Assembly (NCBI RefSeq): GCF_009914755.1
Contig: NC_060943.1
Strand: one strand, 5' to 3'
Source of the DNA: the human T2T-CHM13v2.0 reference genome, Homo sapiens
DNA length: 64,000 bases
Shown here piece after piece: positions 34,650 to 62,250 of this stretch. The position numbers and the translations under genes are program-made. A model generated the notes under the pieces. It was not told the DNA's origin and ran no database searches. It was given only the letters and a program-made list of their open reading frames with translations. Numbering within the stretch: position 1 is the first letter of the stretch; every line of letters starts with the position of its first letter.

Positions 34650-34945
34650 TTGTTGTTGTTATTGTTGTTTTTGAGACAGAGATTCGCTCTTGTTGCCCAG
34701 GCTGGAGTACAATGGCACGATCTTGGCTCACTGCACCTTCCGGTTCAAGTGATTCTCCTACCTCAGCCTCAAGAGTAACTGGGATTACAGGCATGTGCCA
34801 TCACACCCAGCTAATTTGGTATGTTTAGTACAGACGGGGTTTCTCCATGTTAGTCAGGCTGGTGTCCAACTCACAACCTCAGGTAATTTGCCTGCCTCAG
34901 CCTCCCAAAGTGCTGGGATTACAGGCCTGAGCCACCGCGCCTGGC
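34650..34945 (-). mobile_element. Alu
   Basis: Alu consensus. Confidence 0.9.
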
Positions 34946-35535
34946 TAACAGTAAGTTATTAAAGGCCTACTGTTTTTTTCTGGGGAGCCTCCCCTGCAGA
35001 TGTCCCAGCCTGCGCATCCTAGCAATGGAAGGAGCCTTTATCCTGAGAGAAGCTACAGAGTCCTGGAAAGCTGGGGCCCCACAGCTTGATGCAGTTAAGA
35101 TGAAGACGAAAGGAAACTGGGAGGTTCTAACTGATAATGAAGTTATTGTTTTGAGGCATTTTTTAGACTTTGTAAAATAACAACGTCAGATTTATGTTAA
35201 AAAAAAAAAAACGAATTCCAAAATGTATTGCAACAGGAGGAAGTATCAACTAACTATAAGGCCTTTATGGCTTGCAAAAATGTAGGCAGAAAAGGGCTTT
35301 CTTTCCTAGGGAGGAGCAAACAATATTGGAAAGGAGGTGGGAGGGGAATGGCAAATGGAGGGTGAAAAAGTCAGATTTTAGATCAGAGAATGTCATACCC
35401 TGAAATCAGCATGTTCTTAGTAGGGACATAAAATGGGGTTGTATGTTGACACAGACTGAGAGTAGCTCAAAGTTCAGGAGCCTGAGGGAGAAAGATAAAC
35501 TTAAGTAAAGTTTGATTAAGAAATATTTTATTTTA

Positions 35536-35846
<311 letters not shown>

Positions 35847-35953
35847 TTATTTAAGTGGGATGGCATTTATTAACCAGAAAGTTCTGAAAAAAATTATTAG
35901 GAGATACCAGCTCTCTACGGTGCTGAATGAAGTCTACTTAAAATTACTACTAA

Positions 35954-42095
<6,142 letters not shown>

Positions 42096-43009
42096 AAAAG
42101 TACTACTAAAAATTATGGAACATAGGAGTTATCTGTACATTGAAGTTTGCATAAAACATGTTTCTTTAAGGTTAAATTCAGATTTTATTTACTTTGTGTT
42201 GGAGGAATATTTCAACAGTGATGCTGTGTTCTTCTGTGTGCATTAGCACATCATAAAAATTTGTCCAGTGCAGTTAATGGTTAATGATTCACTTGCTTAA
42301 ATAGCTCTCTGACAGATTTTTTCACTCTTCAGTTAATTATTTTTCTCTTCATTATTAAGTATCTTTATGCAGCTGATGTGTATAAAACGCTATACTTAAT
42401 CTGGCAGCTGCCCTTTTTTCTTATTTTTTCTTCATATTTTTCTTTGGAAAATGAAGGCTTTTATCTTTGTTTACAGGTGAGAAAAACTTGGAAAACCCAG
42501 GCTTTTCCACTTACTGGATGTGTTACAAAATATCCTTCTTGGGCCAAAAACATAGACAGTATTGCTGAGCTTGTTAGAAATTCAAAAAATCAGACTTTAT
42601 GTCAGATCTTCTGGAAAAAAAAAAAAAGAAAAAAACCTGTATAACAAGGTCTTGAACTTATTGTACATATCAAAATTTCAGAGGTGTCTTGTAGCTCAAT
42701 ATGTCTTTTTCCATCTGAAAAATATGCACAACTCATTCAGTATGATGTAAATATAGCACTGAAAAGTGTGTATGTTGATGTTCATGCTCTTAATTTTATA
42801 CTTTGTTAGCTACAATAACATCATATATGAACTGATGTGGATCTTATGCTGTTCTTTTTTTCTCAGAGTTAAAAAATACATTAGAGAATATTTCTTTGTT
42901 GGAGATTATTTTCTTGGATAATTTAATTCTATAAGTAAGAACCAGTTCCTTTTACTTTCCAATTTCACCTTCAGTCAAAATAAAAACTCTGCCCATGGCC
43001 ACTTGGTAA

Positions 43010-43189
<180 letters not shown>

Positions 43190-43513
43190 TAATTCATAAT
43201 ATACTCTAAAGGTTTTCTTTCTCTTTTTTGTGGAATGTTTTTTAGTAATGTATTCATTGATCAAAGAGTTTCAGAACCCATTTTCCAGAAAATCTTTAGA
43301 AATTTTTCATTTAGAAAAGAATTTGTTCAAGATGTTTTGTGTTAATCAAAACTTTACACATTCCTGAGTTGAGCTATATTCTTCACTCTAAATTAGTGAT
43401 AATTCCAGAAATTTGGTGGCATAAAATATTGTTGTCCCCACCTGAAAATCTAATTATCAGCAACAAGTTTTGATTCTGTAGTACCAGGTAGTAAAATTAA
43501 AAAACCTACAAGT

Positions 43514-43825
43514 AGTCTGGGCACGGTGGCTTATGCCTATAATCCCAGCACTTCAGGAGGCTGAGGCAGGAAGATCATGAGATCAGGAATTCGAGACCAG
43601 TCTGACCAACATGGAGAAATTCCATTTCTAATAAAAATACACAATTAGCCGGGCATGGTGGCACATGAATGAAATCCCAGCTACCCTGGAGACTGAGGCA
43701 GGAGAATTGGTTGAACCCAGAAGGCAGAGGTTTCACTGAGCCAAGATCGTGCCATTGCACTTCAACCTGGGCAATAAGGGGGAAACTCTGTCTCAAAAAG
43801 AAAAGAAAAGAAAAGAAAAGAAAAA
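43514..43825 (+). mobile_element. Alu, ~20 bp upstream of the second L1
   Basis: Alu consensus, (AAAAG)n tail. Confidence 0.9.
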
Positions 43826-43848
43826 CTGATGAATTCAAAGTGTTTTCT

Positions 43849-50118
<6,270 letters not shown>

Positions 50119-50221
50119 AAAGTGTTTTCTAAATATTTAGAAATTTCTGTTTTAACTTAGTATTTTTGTATTAATTTACTAGAATATTTTATCACACCCT
50201 CTCAGCTGAGCACATTACTAG

Positions 50222-50563
<342 letters not shown>

Positions 50564-50590
50564 TCATGTTATTTATTTTTAATAAAACAG

Positions 50591-50685
50591 GTATTGTTGT
50601 CTCCAAGCCAGACCTGATCATCTGTCTGGAGCAAGGAAAAATCCTTTGAGTATGAGGAGACATGAGATGATTGCCAAACACCCAG
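50591..50685 (+). pseudogene. KRAB-B exon of gene 2, 1-bp deletion
   Basis: 95 bp instead of 96. The frame reads GGA AAA ATC CTT TGA (stop 50647-49). Confidence 0.92.
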
Positions 50686-53278
50686 GTGGGTGCAAGTGAA
50701 AGTGAATACAACAGACGACACAGGTAAGAGATCCCAAGGTGAAAGAGAAAGCCAGTACTTAAAATGTGATTTGGGAAGCTGTGTTCCAAAGGAAATAGTT
50801 CCTGGGCGGTTGTTTTATAATTTTTCTCTCACAAAGGGACATCTGCTGTCTTATGCTTTCAAATTCTCTAAGGATTCTACTTTTCTTTCAGTGAGCTTCC
50901 TTCAAGTTCACAGTGAAAGCCAAAGTCTTCTTCATGGCATATAAGACACTGCACAATCTTGCTGCTTTTACGTTGTTTTGGTGACACAAAATTATCTGCA
51001 TGATTTTAAGAAACTAAAACTATTCTCAAAGTTCTCTTTTTGCATTTTGAAATGTGCGAGAGTAGTAGTTTCTGTTGAATTTTTTTCATTATTCTGCACA
51101 TTTCCATTCTGTTTTTATTACTATGTAGTGTTGAAATATAGTTGGAAAGTATAAGTATGATATCCTTCTGCTCTGTTCTTTTCATCAAGATTGCTTTGGC
51201 TAATCAGTTTATTTTAGTTTCATGTAAATTTTAGAATTGTATTTTTCATTACTGAAAAAGACACCACTGCAATTTTAATAGGAAGTTTATTGAATCTATA
51301 GATCACTTTAGATAATATGGAACTCTAATAATATTTATTCTTTCAATCCATAGACATAAAATACTTTATAATTTATTTGGAACTTCTCTAATTTCTTTCA
51401 CTGATTTTTTTTGGTAAAGGTTTTTCATTTCATTGGTTAATTTTTTTCTCAGAAATTATTTAATGCTATAACAAATAAGATTTTTTTGTCCTATTTTTAT
51501 CAGATAGTTTGATTTAAGTGTATAAAACCGTACATATACTTGTATGTTAGTTTCATATTTTGTAATTTACTGAGTGTATTTATTAGTTTAGATAGGATTT
51601 AATGTACTGTTTATTAGTTTTTAAATATAATATTGTATGATCTACAAGCAAAAACTTTTTAGTTTTCTTAAATTTTAATGGATTTTTTTTTATTTCTTTG
51701 AGTAAATCTTCTGCCACATACTTCCAGTGTTACACTAAAATAGAAGCATTCACAATGGGCACAATATAGTTTTGCATTGGTGTCTGAATTTGATGGAGCA
51801 AAGACCTATTCAAGTTTTCATAAACTGATTTCAGAAGGTAAATATCTTCTTCTGTTGGACCCTTAGGGTGATGAGATGCCCTCTGAATTTGTAGTGAAGA
51901 AGGGTTGTAGCTTGGTCACCAGGCTGCTGGGTCTGCATTAGGGTCCACCTTTAGTTGGCTTGTTACAGGGGCTTGGGTTGTTATAATTCCCATTTTATTT
52001 TTGGACAGACTGAATATCCTTCAGAGCTTTGCTCCATAAGGCAGACACTAGGGCATGTTTTTGCAATTGGGTCTGCATATGGTGGGCCTTGTATCAGGAT
52101 GTGGATGGGTGTGGCTTTCAGTGAGTACCAGAGAGCATTTCCTCAGGTAACCGTGTGGGTTACTATATAGGCAGAACTGACCATAAACTGTGGCTCAGGT
52201 AACTGAAACTGAGTCATGGAACTGCCTCAGTGACCCCAGTAAAGGCCAAGGTCTGCATGCCTGGATGCATGACTGTAAATGGGCACCTTCCTCCAAGTCT
52301 CTGGAATAGCAGGACCTCTGTCAGACTGTGGCTGGGAGGAGTTTGGGATGGTTACAGAGTAAGTTTAGAATTCTCAATGGAACCAAGTTGGGTGAACCCT
52401 ATCCTGGTCTGTAGCTAAAACAGGGGTCCTGTAGTATCCCACGTGAATGAGGGCCTGCCTTCTGAATAGAACACTTCTCAAACATAAGCTTTAACAGCAT
52501 TTCACAACTGCATCCCTGGATGTCAAATCTCTCTTAGAGGTACTTATTTTGGAGATGGTGTCTTGCTACATAACCCAGGCTGGTCTCAAAATCCTGGCCT
52601 GAACTAGTTCTCCAACCTTAATGTACCATGTAGCTGTCATTACAGGTGTAAGCCATAATCCTGGTTCTCTCATAAAGGCATTTTTGTCAGGGGTGGCTGA
52701 CTTTTTATGCCATAAGGGAATATGAAAATAGGGCACTTTTAATCTTTTCATCTTACTGATGTCACTGTCCTTTTACATTTTTACTTTTTATTTTCTATTT
52801 CAAATTTGTCTATAATTTTGGATTCAGTCATTTAGCACATATGCTAGAATTTGCATGGTATACCTGAAGTAAATGAGATATTAGTAGGCACCCCATATTT
52901 ACTAAAATAGTTACTTATAAATTTATGTTTGCTCCAGGCAAAAAGGAATTATAGGATTTTCGTCTACTATTTTCAGCCTATATCTAAATAATAACATAGT
53001 TCATTTCCTAATATTTGTTTTACATATCAGAGGATCTAACCCTATTCTACAAAATATATATATATTTTTCTATATTTAACAATGGAAGGTTATTATTTGC
53101 TTTTAAAGTTGGAATACAGCAGTTTCATTTTGTGTAAGAATAGCATATATTTAAAACAAAAAGCAACTCTAGTTTCTTTTAAGTGCTAATTTATTAAAAG
53201 TTTGTCATTGGAGTCTTCTATTTATAATTATACTGCATATTTTCTGAAATTTTAGTGCCACACAGTGCATGCCAATGA

Positions 53279-53646
<368 letters not shown>

Positions 53647-53732
53647 GACAATTTTTTTTTGATGATACATCAATGTGGCATACCAGATTTTGTGAGTAAA
53701 TATTTCTCTTATTATTGTTTTGAAGTTCTGTG

Positions 53733-54739
53733 TATCAGGGGGACCCACCCCCAATATTTCAATGTATGTTCTTTCTATTTTCCATAAGTGTCAGCTGGTT
53801 GAAAAATAAAGAGAAAGAGTACAAAGAGAGGAATTTTACAGCTGGGCCACCAGGGGTGATATCACATATCGGTAGGACCACGATGCCCACCTGAACCTTA
53901 AAACCAGCAAGTTTTTATTAAGGATTTTAAAAGGGGAGGGAGTGTATGAACAGGGAGTAGGTCACTTGCTTCAAGAGGCAAAAAGCAGAACAAAGATCAC
54001 ATGCTTCTAAAACAGGACCAGAGCAAAATCAGAACTCCTGATAAGGGTCTATGTTCAGCAGTGCACGTATTGTCTTAATAAACATCTTAACAGAAAAAAA
54101 GGGTTTGAGAGCAGAGAACTGGTCTGACCAAAAATTTACCAGGGTGTAGTTTCCCAATCCTAGTAATCCTGAGGGTACTGTGGGAGACCAGGGCATATCT
54201 CAGTCATTATCTCAACCACATAGGACAGACATTCCCAGAGTGGCCATTCATAGACCTCCCCCCAGGAATGAATTCCTTTCCCAGAGTATTAATATCAGTA
54301 TTCCTTGCTAGGAAAAGAATTTAGTGATATCTTCCCTACTTGCACACCCATTTATAGGCTCTCTGCAAGAAGAAAAATATGGCTCTTTTTGCCCAACCCC
54401 ACAGGCAGTCAGACCTTATGGTTGTCTTCCCTTGTTCCCTAAAAATCGCTGTTATTCTGTTTTCAAGGTGCACTGATTGCATATTGTTCAAACATACATG
54501 TTTTACAATCAATTTGTACAGTTAACACAGTTATCATACTGGTCCTGAGGTGATGTACATCCTCAGCCAATGAAGATAACAGGATTAAGAGATTAAAATA
54601 AAGACAGGCATAAGAAATTATGAACATATTATTTGGGAAGTGATAGATGTCCATATTAAAATGAAATCTTCACAATTTATGTTCCTCTGCTGCGACTCCA
54701 GCTGGTCCCTCTGTTTGGCATCCCTGACTTCCCACAATA
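53733..54739 (-). mobile_element. MER11 3' LTR
   Basis: Minus strand begins ..GGGAAGTCAGGGA; direct repeat of 62251-63262. Confidence 0.9.
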
Positions 54740-54754
54740 TCTCTCCCTTTCTTT

Positions 54755-56675
54755 TTATATAAATGTACCATTTGCATTTATATAAATGTACCAACATTGC
54801 ATGCAATGTTCAAGAGTCACTAGCTGATCTCCAAGCCAAAGTATAGATTGTCTTAAATCATTAATTTGATTAGATAATTTTTGATCAATGCCTTGTTGAG
54901 AATTCCACATTTGGTTGGAATTTGCTTGCCAAAGATTAACAAAATGAGCCGTTTGAATAGATTGGTGTAATGCCACTCCGGCAGTAGTGGCCAGTGCAGT
55001 GACTATAAATAGGCCCATGATCACAGTGATTAAAGTGAAAACAAATCTCTTAGATTTTTTGAGAATTCTTTGTAACACTTCATTCATTAAATGTACTGAG
55101 AGGGAAGATTCCCAGTGTCTGGGTAAAGTTACCGAATCCAGATTCCTTCTCGAGCTCGAAGCCACATTACACTTCTCCTGGAGTCAAAATGGGAGTTAAC
55201 ACAAGTGTATAAATGACAATTAATGCATTGGACAGTTTGTGTGTCCAAATTTTGATATTTCCCACTAACAGCACGTAAGGAGGCTTAACACAACTTTGTA
55301 TAGGAATAGTCAGGCTGGAGGTAAACAAAGCAGAACATTGATACTGAGGGAGAGTAGAGGTGGTGGCAACGCCCAATGTTGTCTGCCATAAAGAAGCAAT
55401 CCGAGGTGCCCAGGGATGCTGAGGAAGTAGAGGGGCATACCTGGGTCAAGAAGAATTATCATAATGCCAATTGGAGTCCCATAAAGGAGGATCAGCATCA
55501 AAAAGAGGAAAAGGGTTCAAAGGGGATTTATCATGGGGTTCAGAGTCATGGATGCAAGGGGCAGTAGTGGGGATAACAGACAGAAAAGTTTACCCTTCCC
55601 ATACTCACAGTCCAGACATGGCAATAGCCAATTTCCAAAGTTCTGAGTGTTCCAGGCTCAGAATGGGGAATATCATATGAGGCCTCGGAGGGGTAATGCC
55701 TTTATCTTCCCATTTTAAGGGAAAGAATGAGCTGAACTTCCTATGTAAAGTAGAACGATGATCCTCGTCCTCCCAATAAGAAATAAAATAAGTAGCCTCC
55801 AGGCATTCCCTTCCACCAGAGGAGCAATTGTTTTTTAAATAGCCCTTTGGTGCCCATCCTATTACTAAACCATATGCGTCATTTTTTAGTACTACTACAT
55901 GTGAGTTAACACAGTCTTCCCAAATTAAAATTTTAGATGGGCCCTCAAAATTTTTAGGACATGGTTTTCCTACAGGTTTATATTGAAAGTTTGGGGTATC
56001 TCCTATTACTCCCCCTTTCATTTGTCTTAAAGGAGAAAGAGAGAGGCTGGAGATCAAATGTCCCTGTTCTCTTGTAGCTAATCTCTCCGGAAGATAAGCA
56101 GCCCAGATTTGAGCTTGTAGATGAATACAACCATCTACATGTGCATGTCCAAGGCACAGAGGAGGGTATTTATAACCCATGGTAACATTAAATTCAGTGC
56201 TTTCTTCTCCTGGTTGAGTGGGGCAATGGTCATCTGTAGCTCCATGTATCCACACACTATCATTAGTATAGATTTCTGCAGGAGCATTCATCCAGGTGAG
56301 AGGTCGAATAAGTGGAAGAAAAGGCACATAAGCCCAATAAGAATAATTTTGTGTAGCAGGTAAATCATTTTGAGGGGAAACTGATGAGACAGAAAGTTTA
56401 AGAAGAATTATTAAATAAAACCTATTGTAAGCAAGATCCTGTGCTGAAGGAGGAAGAGAAGAACAGAGGGATGTTATTTTCAGGCTAATAGAAATGGTGA
56501 GATTTTTAGGTTTAGAAGTGGCATTAATTAGAGGGGTCTCCGTTGCCATTAGGGAGGATTGAACCAGACCCATTTTGATTTGGCATGCCAGTTTTTGAGA
56601 AGTCGGCAGAGATCTCACCAGGTATGAAGGCGGTCTCTGACTTGGATGTCTTTTCCCTGTGGCTTTCTTTGTCAC
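54755..56675 (-). pseudogene. env: HML-8 env (356-codon N-terminal/SU ORF, then disrupted; TM C-terminal half deleted)
   Basis: YSYWAYVPFLPLIRP, furin-type site KSKR|FVFTLI, heptad [17 protein letters not shown]. Confidence 0.88.
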
Positions 56676-59180
56676 TATTCACACGAAGTTTGAGTCTCTC
56701 AGTGGGCACCCAGACAGGGGATTGATCTCCTGGTGAAACACAAGCATACCCTCTTCCCCATGTTATAATTGTTCCAGGTTCCCAGGTATTGGTTTGGGAG
56801 TTTTTCCGTAACACTGGCTTGCCTTCATTTAGGGAGAATTTTTTGCCTGTATAATGGCATTCAGCTGCAGTCAGAGTTGTCTTTAGGAACATTTAGAAAG
56901 TTTAAAGTAAACAATGCTAAATGTAATTGGGAGTGGGGAGTGGTTAAATTATGCTTTTGTTGCTCAGACTGTTTGGACAATTGAGTTTTTAAAGTGCAAT
57001 TGGCCTGTTCCACCACAGTCTGTCCCTGAGGATTGTAAGGGATTCCGGTAATATGGGAAATTCCCCTTGTTGCATAAATAAATCAAAAGACTTACATATC
57101 CAGGGGTGTTGTCTGTTTTTATCTGACATGGAAGCCCCATAACTACAAAGCAAGAATACTTATGTCTTTTAACATGGGCAGTGCCTTCCCCTGTTTGGCA
57201 AGTAGCCCAGATAAAGCCTGAAAAGATGTCTACAGAAACATGCATATATGAAAGTCTGCCAAAGGAGCTAACATGAGTCACATGCATTTGCCATAAGTCA
57301 TTAGGAGTTAGGCCTCTGGGATTAATGCCAGATTCCTGATTTGGAAGTACAAAAACTTGGCACTGAGGGCAGCAGTGGATAATAAGCTTAGCCTCTTTCC
57401 AGGTGAGAGCAAATTTATATTTTAATCCAGTAGCATTGACATGAGTGAGATTATGGAACTCTGAGCTTCTTGGTTTGCAAAAGAGACCGGTCAACCTTTT
57501 GATTACCAGCAGGCATGGGTCCCAGTAAAGTGGTATGAGATCTGATATGTGTAGTATAGAAAGGGTGTCTACACTGGCGAACCACCTGTTGTAAACTTGA
57601 AAATAAAAAAAGCCAATTCAGAATTATCAATATGTTTGATAGTAGCGATTTCTATATTTTTAGTGGCATGTACAACATAAACAGAATCAGAGACAATATT
57701 TAACAGTTTGGGGAAATCCTGTAAGGCAATAATTACAGCAATTAACTCTGCCTTTTGAGCAGATGTGTGAGGCGTAGAAATAAGCTTGTCTGCAGGACAC
57801 AGATAACCAGCATTTCCGTTACTGGAGCCATCAGTGAACACTGTAACAGCCTCAGGAATGGGCTGATCTTTGGTCTATTGAGGGACCACCCAATAAGTCA
57901 TTTTTATAAAATCAAACAATTTTTTTGATAATGATTGACAATAACACAGATAAAATCAGTCAAGTGAATTTGCCACAGTATGGAATGTTGAAAAGCAGCC
58001 TGAACTTTAAGCCGATTTAAAGGAACCACAATAAATTTGGATCAAATCCAGAAATTTTAAGTGATCTACACCAAGCTTGTCCAATTAGATTGGCTATTTG
58101 GTCCAGATAAACAGACAAAGTTTTTGACACAGAATGAGGAAGAAAACACCACTCCACTAAATCATTATGTTGAACAATTAGCCCAGTAGGGGAGTGCAAT
58201 GAAGCAAAAACCAGAAGCTGAAAAGGCTGAGATGGCTGTACCCTAGACAACAGGGCAGTTTGGATTCTTTCTTCCATGAATTACCGTTCCAGTGAAGCCT
58301 CAGGGGTCAAAGTCCTGAGACTGTGGAGATTGGAATCTCCACACAGTATAGAAAACAAGTTAGACAGTGCATATTTTGGAATGCCTAAGGTAGATCTTAA
58401 ATAATTAATGTTACCCAAAAGTTTTTGGAAATCATTTAAGGTTTTCAAAGAATCTCTCTTAATCTGAACTTTTTGAGGTTGAATATATTCTTTATTGACC
58501 ACCATTCCTAAATATTGAGCAGGAGTGGTCTTTTGAATTTTATCTTGAGTGATGTGTAATCCAGCCTCAGTGACATGGTGGCTCAAAAATTGATAACAGT
58601 CAATTAATTCTTTATCAGTGGGGGCAGCAATTAATATATCATCAATATAATGAAGAATATAGGCCTGGGGAAATTGAGCTCACACTGGTGAAAGCACCCA
58701 TCCAACATAAAGCTGGCAGATGGTAGGGCTATTCAGCATTCCCTGAGGAAGTACTCTCCATTGATAATGAGCTACAGGCTCCTGATTATTGATAGATGGT
58801 ACAGTAAAGGCAAATTTTTCACAATCCAATTTATGTAAAGCAATAAAAATACTTTAAGATCAATAACTATGAGAGGAAATTCTTAGGTATTAAAGCAGGG
58901 GCAGGCATGCCAGGTTGGATGGCTCCCATAGGTTTAATTACAGCATTAATGGACCTTAAATCAGTTACCATCCACCACTTGCCTGATTTCTTTTTTACTA
59001 GAAACACAGGAGAACTCCAGGGGGAAAGAGAAGATTCCACATTTCCAAGTTGTAACTGTTCAGAAACCAATTGAGTTGAAGCCTCCAGTTTTTTTTAGAG
59101 AGTGGCCACTGATCAATCCAAACAGGTGTTTTAGATTTTCATTGTAAAGGAATAGGATTAGGAGGCATGGCAGTGGCCGC
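56524..59180 (-). pseudogene. pol: HML-8 pol (disrupted)
   Basis: [39 protein letters not shown], integrase HNLTHVN and IKTDN, TWGRGYAC. Confidence 0.9.
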
Positions 59181-59182
59181 CA

Positions 59183-60184
59183 TTAAAAAGGAGAACCTAA
59201 ACCAGCCCTGTCTTCTTTTACAGTAACTTGAAGAGGTTTAGCAATTCCTTCATGTTTTGGACTGAAACCGAGTCTGGGAACAAACCCCATGTTTTCCATT
59301 ATATGTTGACTGGGAGCACTATAAGAGTTATGCTGAATATTAATTTCAGCTCCCCCTTGTGCCAACAAATCTCTACCCCAAAGATTAATGGGGATTGGCA
59401 TGATATAAAGCTGAATTGCACCCTTTTGACCATCAGGGCCAATGCAAGGCAAGATAAATGTGCTCTGGTGAACTTCATCAGCTTTTCCAACACCTACTAG
59501 TTCCATGTTAGTGGGATGTTTAAGTCAAGAGGAAGGCCATAAATTAGAGGAAATATTAGAAATGTCAGCCCCAGTATCTACTAGGCCCTCAAACTTTTTT
59601 CCTTGAAGGCGTATGGTGCAGGTGGGCCATTGTTTAGAAATTACGTTAATCGAATAAGTGGCTTTTTCACCACCAGAGCCCATCCCAGGGCCCCGTGTCT
59701 TATCTCCTTTGTTTAAACAATATTAGGTAGTGAAAGTAATTGAGCAATTGACTCACTGGCCGGAATGGAAACAGGAACCTTGGCAGACACCATAAGTTTA
59801 ATCTCATCAGAGGAATCAGAATTAATGAGACAAGTATGAACTATGATACCTTTAGCAGAGGTGGATACCCTACATCCTACATAACACCAGGCCCACCGAA
59901 CCTTGAGATAAAGGGCCAGTGACCCCTCTGGGGACAATTAAAGGCAAAGAATTAGGTAGTAAATTTAGAGGAATGGTAATACAGAGATCGACCCCCCTGA
60001 CCCCTACTGTGGAGGTAGACAAGCACTGTACTGAGATAGAAGAAGAGGATGGGACCCATCTGGGTTGGCTGTAGGTAAATTTGTTTGTGCTGGGGGCTAC
60101 GTTGGGACCACTTGAAGTGGAAATGCAACATTGGTCTGAGTCTGAGGTGTCCCATTTGATATTGGGGTCTGGGACTGGCCCCAC
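59183..60184 (-). pseudogene. pro: HML-8 dUTPase-protease (disrupted)
   Basis: dUTPase GVDLC..GPLSQGSVGLV, FEGLVDTGADIS, INLWGRDLL, G-patch C-terminus. Confidence 0.88.
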
Positions 60185-62094
60185 TTCCCATTTCCCTGGT
60201 TCTGTGGCAAGGGATTTGCATCTATATCAGACTTAGAGGGGCAAGTACTTGCCCAGTGTTTATCTTTAGACAACATGGGCAAACAGTAGTAGGAGAATTT
60301 GACTGTGTTTGTTGAGCCAGCTTGGCTGCTTTTAAGTTTTTAACAGGCTCCAAGAAAAGAATAAGTTGAGACAGTTTGACTGCCATCCTTCATGGCCTGT
60401 GCCCACAGAATAGCTTTGTGGGTCTCTGATCCAATGCCTTCCCAAGCTTTAATATATGCAGGCAACACCTCATGATCAGGAAAATTTTGTCTTTGGATGG
60501 AACACATGGCAATTTTACATTCATGGTTCACATTCTCAAAAGCTAACATATGAAGGAGAATACCTTGAGCATGCTCATGAGAGACAGATTTTTCAACAGC
60601 ATCTTGTAATTTAGCCAAAAAAATGAGGGTATAATTCTGACCTTGTTTAACACTAGTAAATGAAACAGGAGCTTGGCCTGGGGTGTGTAATTTATCCCAA
60701 ACTCTCATACACAACTTCGTTACTTGTTCCATGGTGAGAGCATCAAAGCCTAATTGAACGCTAGTGTCAGAGTAATTATCAGAGCCTGTGAGCTGAGCCT
60801 GAGTAATTAGAATGCCATCAGCCCAATTTAGTTGAGCCTGCAGACGGGCCTCCTCTGACCACCAGGTACAGAATTGTAAATGCTGAGATGCAGTTAGAAC
60901 AGCTTTTGCCAAAAAGTCCCAGTCTAAAAGAAGCAAAATGACCTCAGTACAAAGAGTCTGTAATACCATTTTAACATATGGAGAACTAGGACCATACTGA
61001 ATAAAGGGATCCTTGAATTCTTTTAAAAAGGTAAGATTGAGCAGTGCATACCAAAGCACTTGTACCCCTTGAGCATCAGGAGGTTCCAGCATGACCGGAT
61101 AAGCCTACATCTCTAATCCACTTGTTTCTTTGTTCTGGTGTAATAAGTGTTGCATTAAAGTTTCAAGAACAGGCACATGAGACGGAGTTGGCATAGAAGT
61201 GACAGGAAAAGTATGTGCAGATAAGAGAAACTGAGGTTGAGGAGGTCAGACTGGTATGAGAGTGTGAGAAAGGGGCATTGGGGGAGCACAAGAGGCAGAA
61301 GCATACTGGTGATTATTGTCCCAGTCCTGTGCAACTAGAGTGGCAGGAGTGTCCTTGCATGAAGAAGCGTATAGAGAAGCAGGCTGAGTGGATGGCAAAG
61401 TGACTGGTTGAGGGACCAAAATGACAGGAGGGTGAGGAGCTGTGGTGGATGGGGGAGGGCCTACAGAATTACAGGTAAATTATAGTTTGGTCCTGGAGCC
61501 ATTAGGGGTCTCCGGAGGCAAAGCCTGCAAACGTTTGAAGAGGGAAGAGTTAGCATAGATATGGTCCTGGCTGTCCAAGTTGGGGCCACGGGAGCTACAA
61601 GTACCGGCTCTTCATGAAAAGAAATAAGATCATCAGGGGAGATGTTAAGCCAAAGTCACTGGAGTTAGATATTGAATTCTCAACATTGTCAGGTCAGGGA
61701 GGAGTAGGCAAAGGGAGAGGCTGAGCAGATAATGAAGGCCGAGTGGGAGAGGAAAGCTGAGGAAGAGGTAGAGGGTTGCCAGATTTAGAAAATTGTGGTA
61801 ACTGCAGGGGACACGGGATTGGTATGTCATTAGGACACCAGGTACCAAGTCCCAATCACCCCAAACAGTGATGGCAACATAATTTCCTGTCAGGACCAGT
61901 TCCCAGAATTTTGCACCAACATGATCCCATAGTTCCACATCTAACGTTCCCTTTTCAGGAAACCAAGGACAGTATTCTTCCACTGCCCTGAATAGGGTGA
62001 CCATATTTTCCTTGGGCACCAGAACTCCACCAAGTTTTAACAGGAGTTTAATATAGCAGAGATAAGCAAAATGTTTAGACTCCATGTGACCCAT
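59950..62094 (-). pseudogene. gag: HML-8 gag (disrupted)
   Basis: MGHMESKH...CPWFPEKGTLD matrix; capsid QYGPSSPY and SVKQG..FLAKLQDAV. First zinc knuckle appears deleted. Confidence 0.88.
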
Positions 62095-62250
62095 AGTTAC
62101 CGCAGACAATACACAGACAACTCACCAATCGTCAGGGAGTCAAACAAGCATTTCTGTGGACTGGACCAATGAACATTCCTCCACACCTACCAAAGGGAAT
62201 CAGGTTCCCACATGCACTTAGGAAAAAGAAAACAACATTGGCACACCAGT

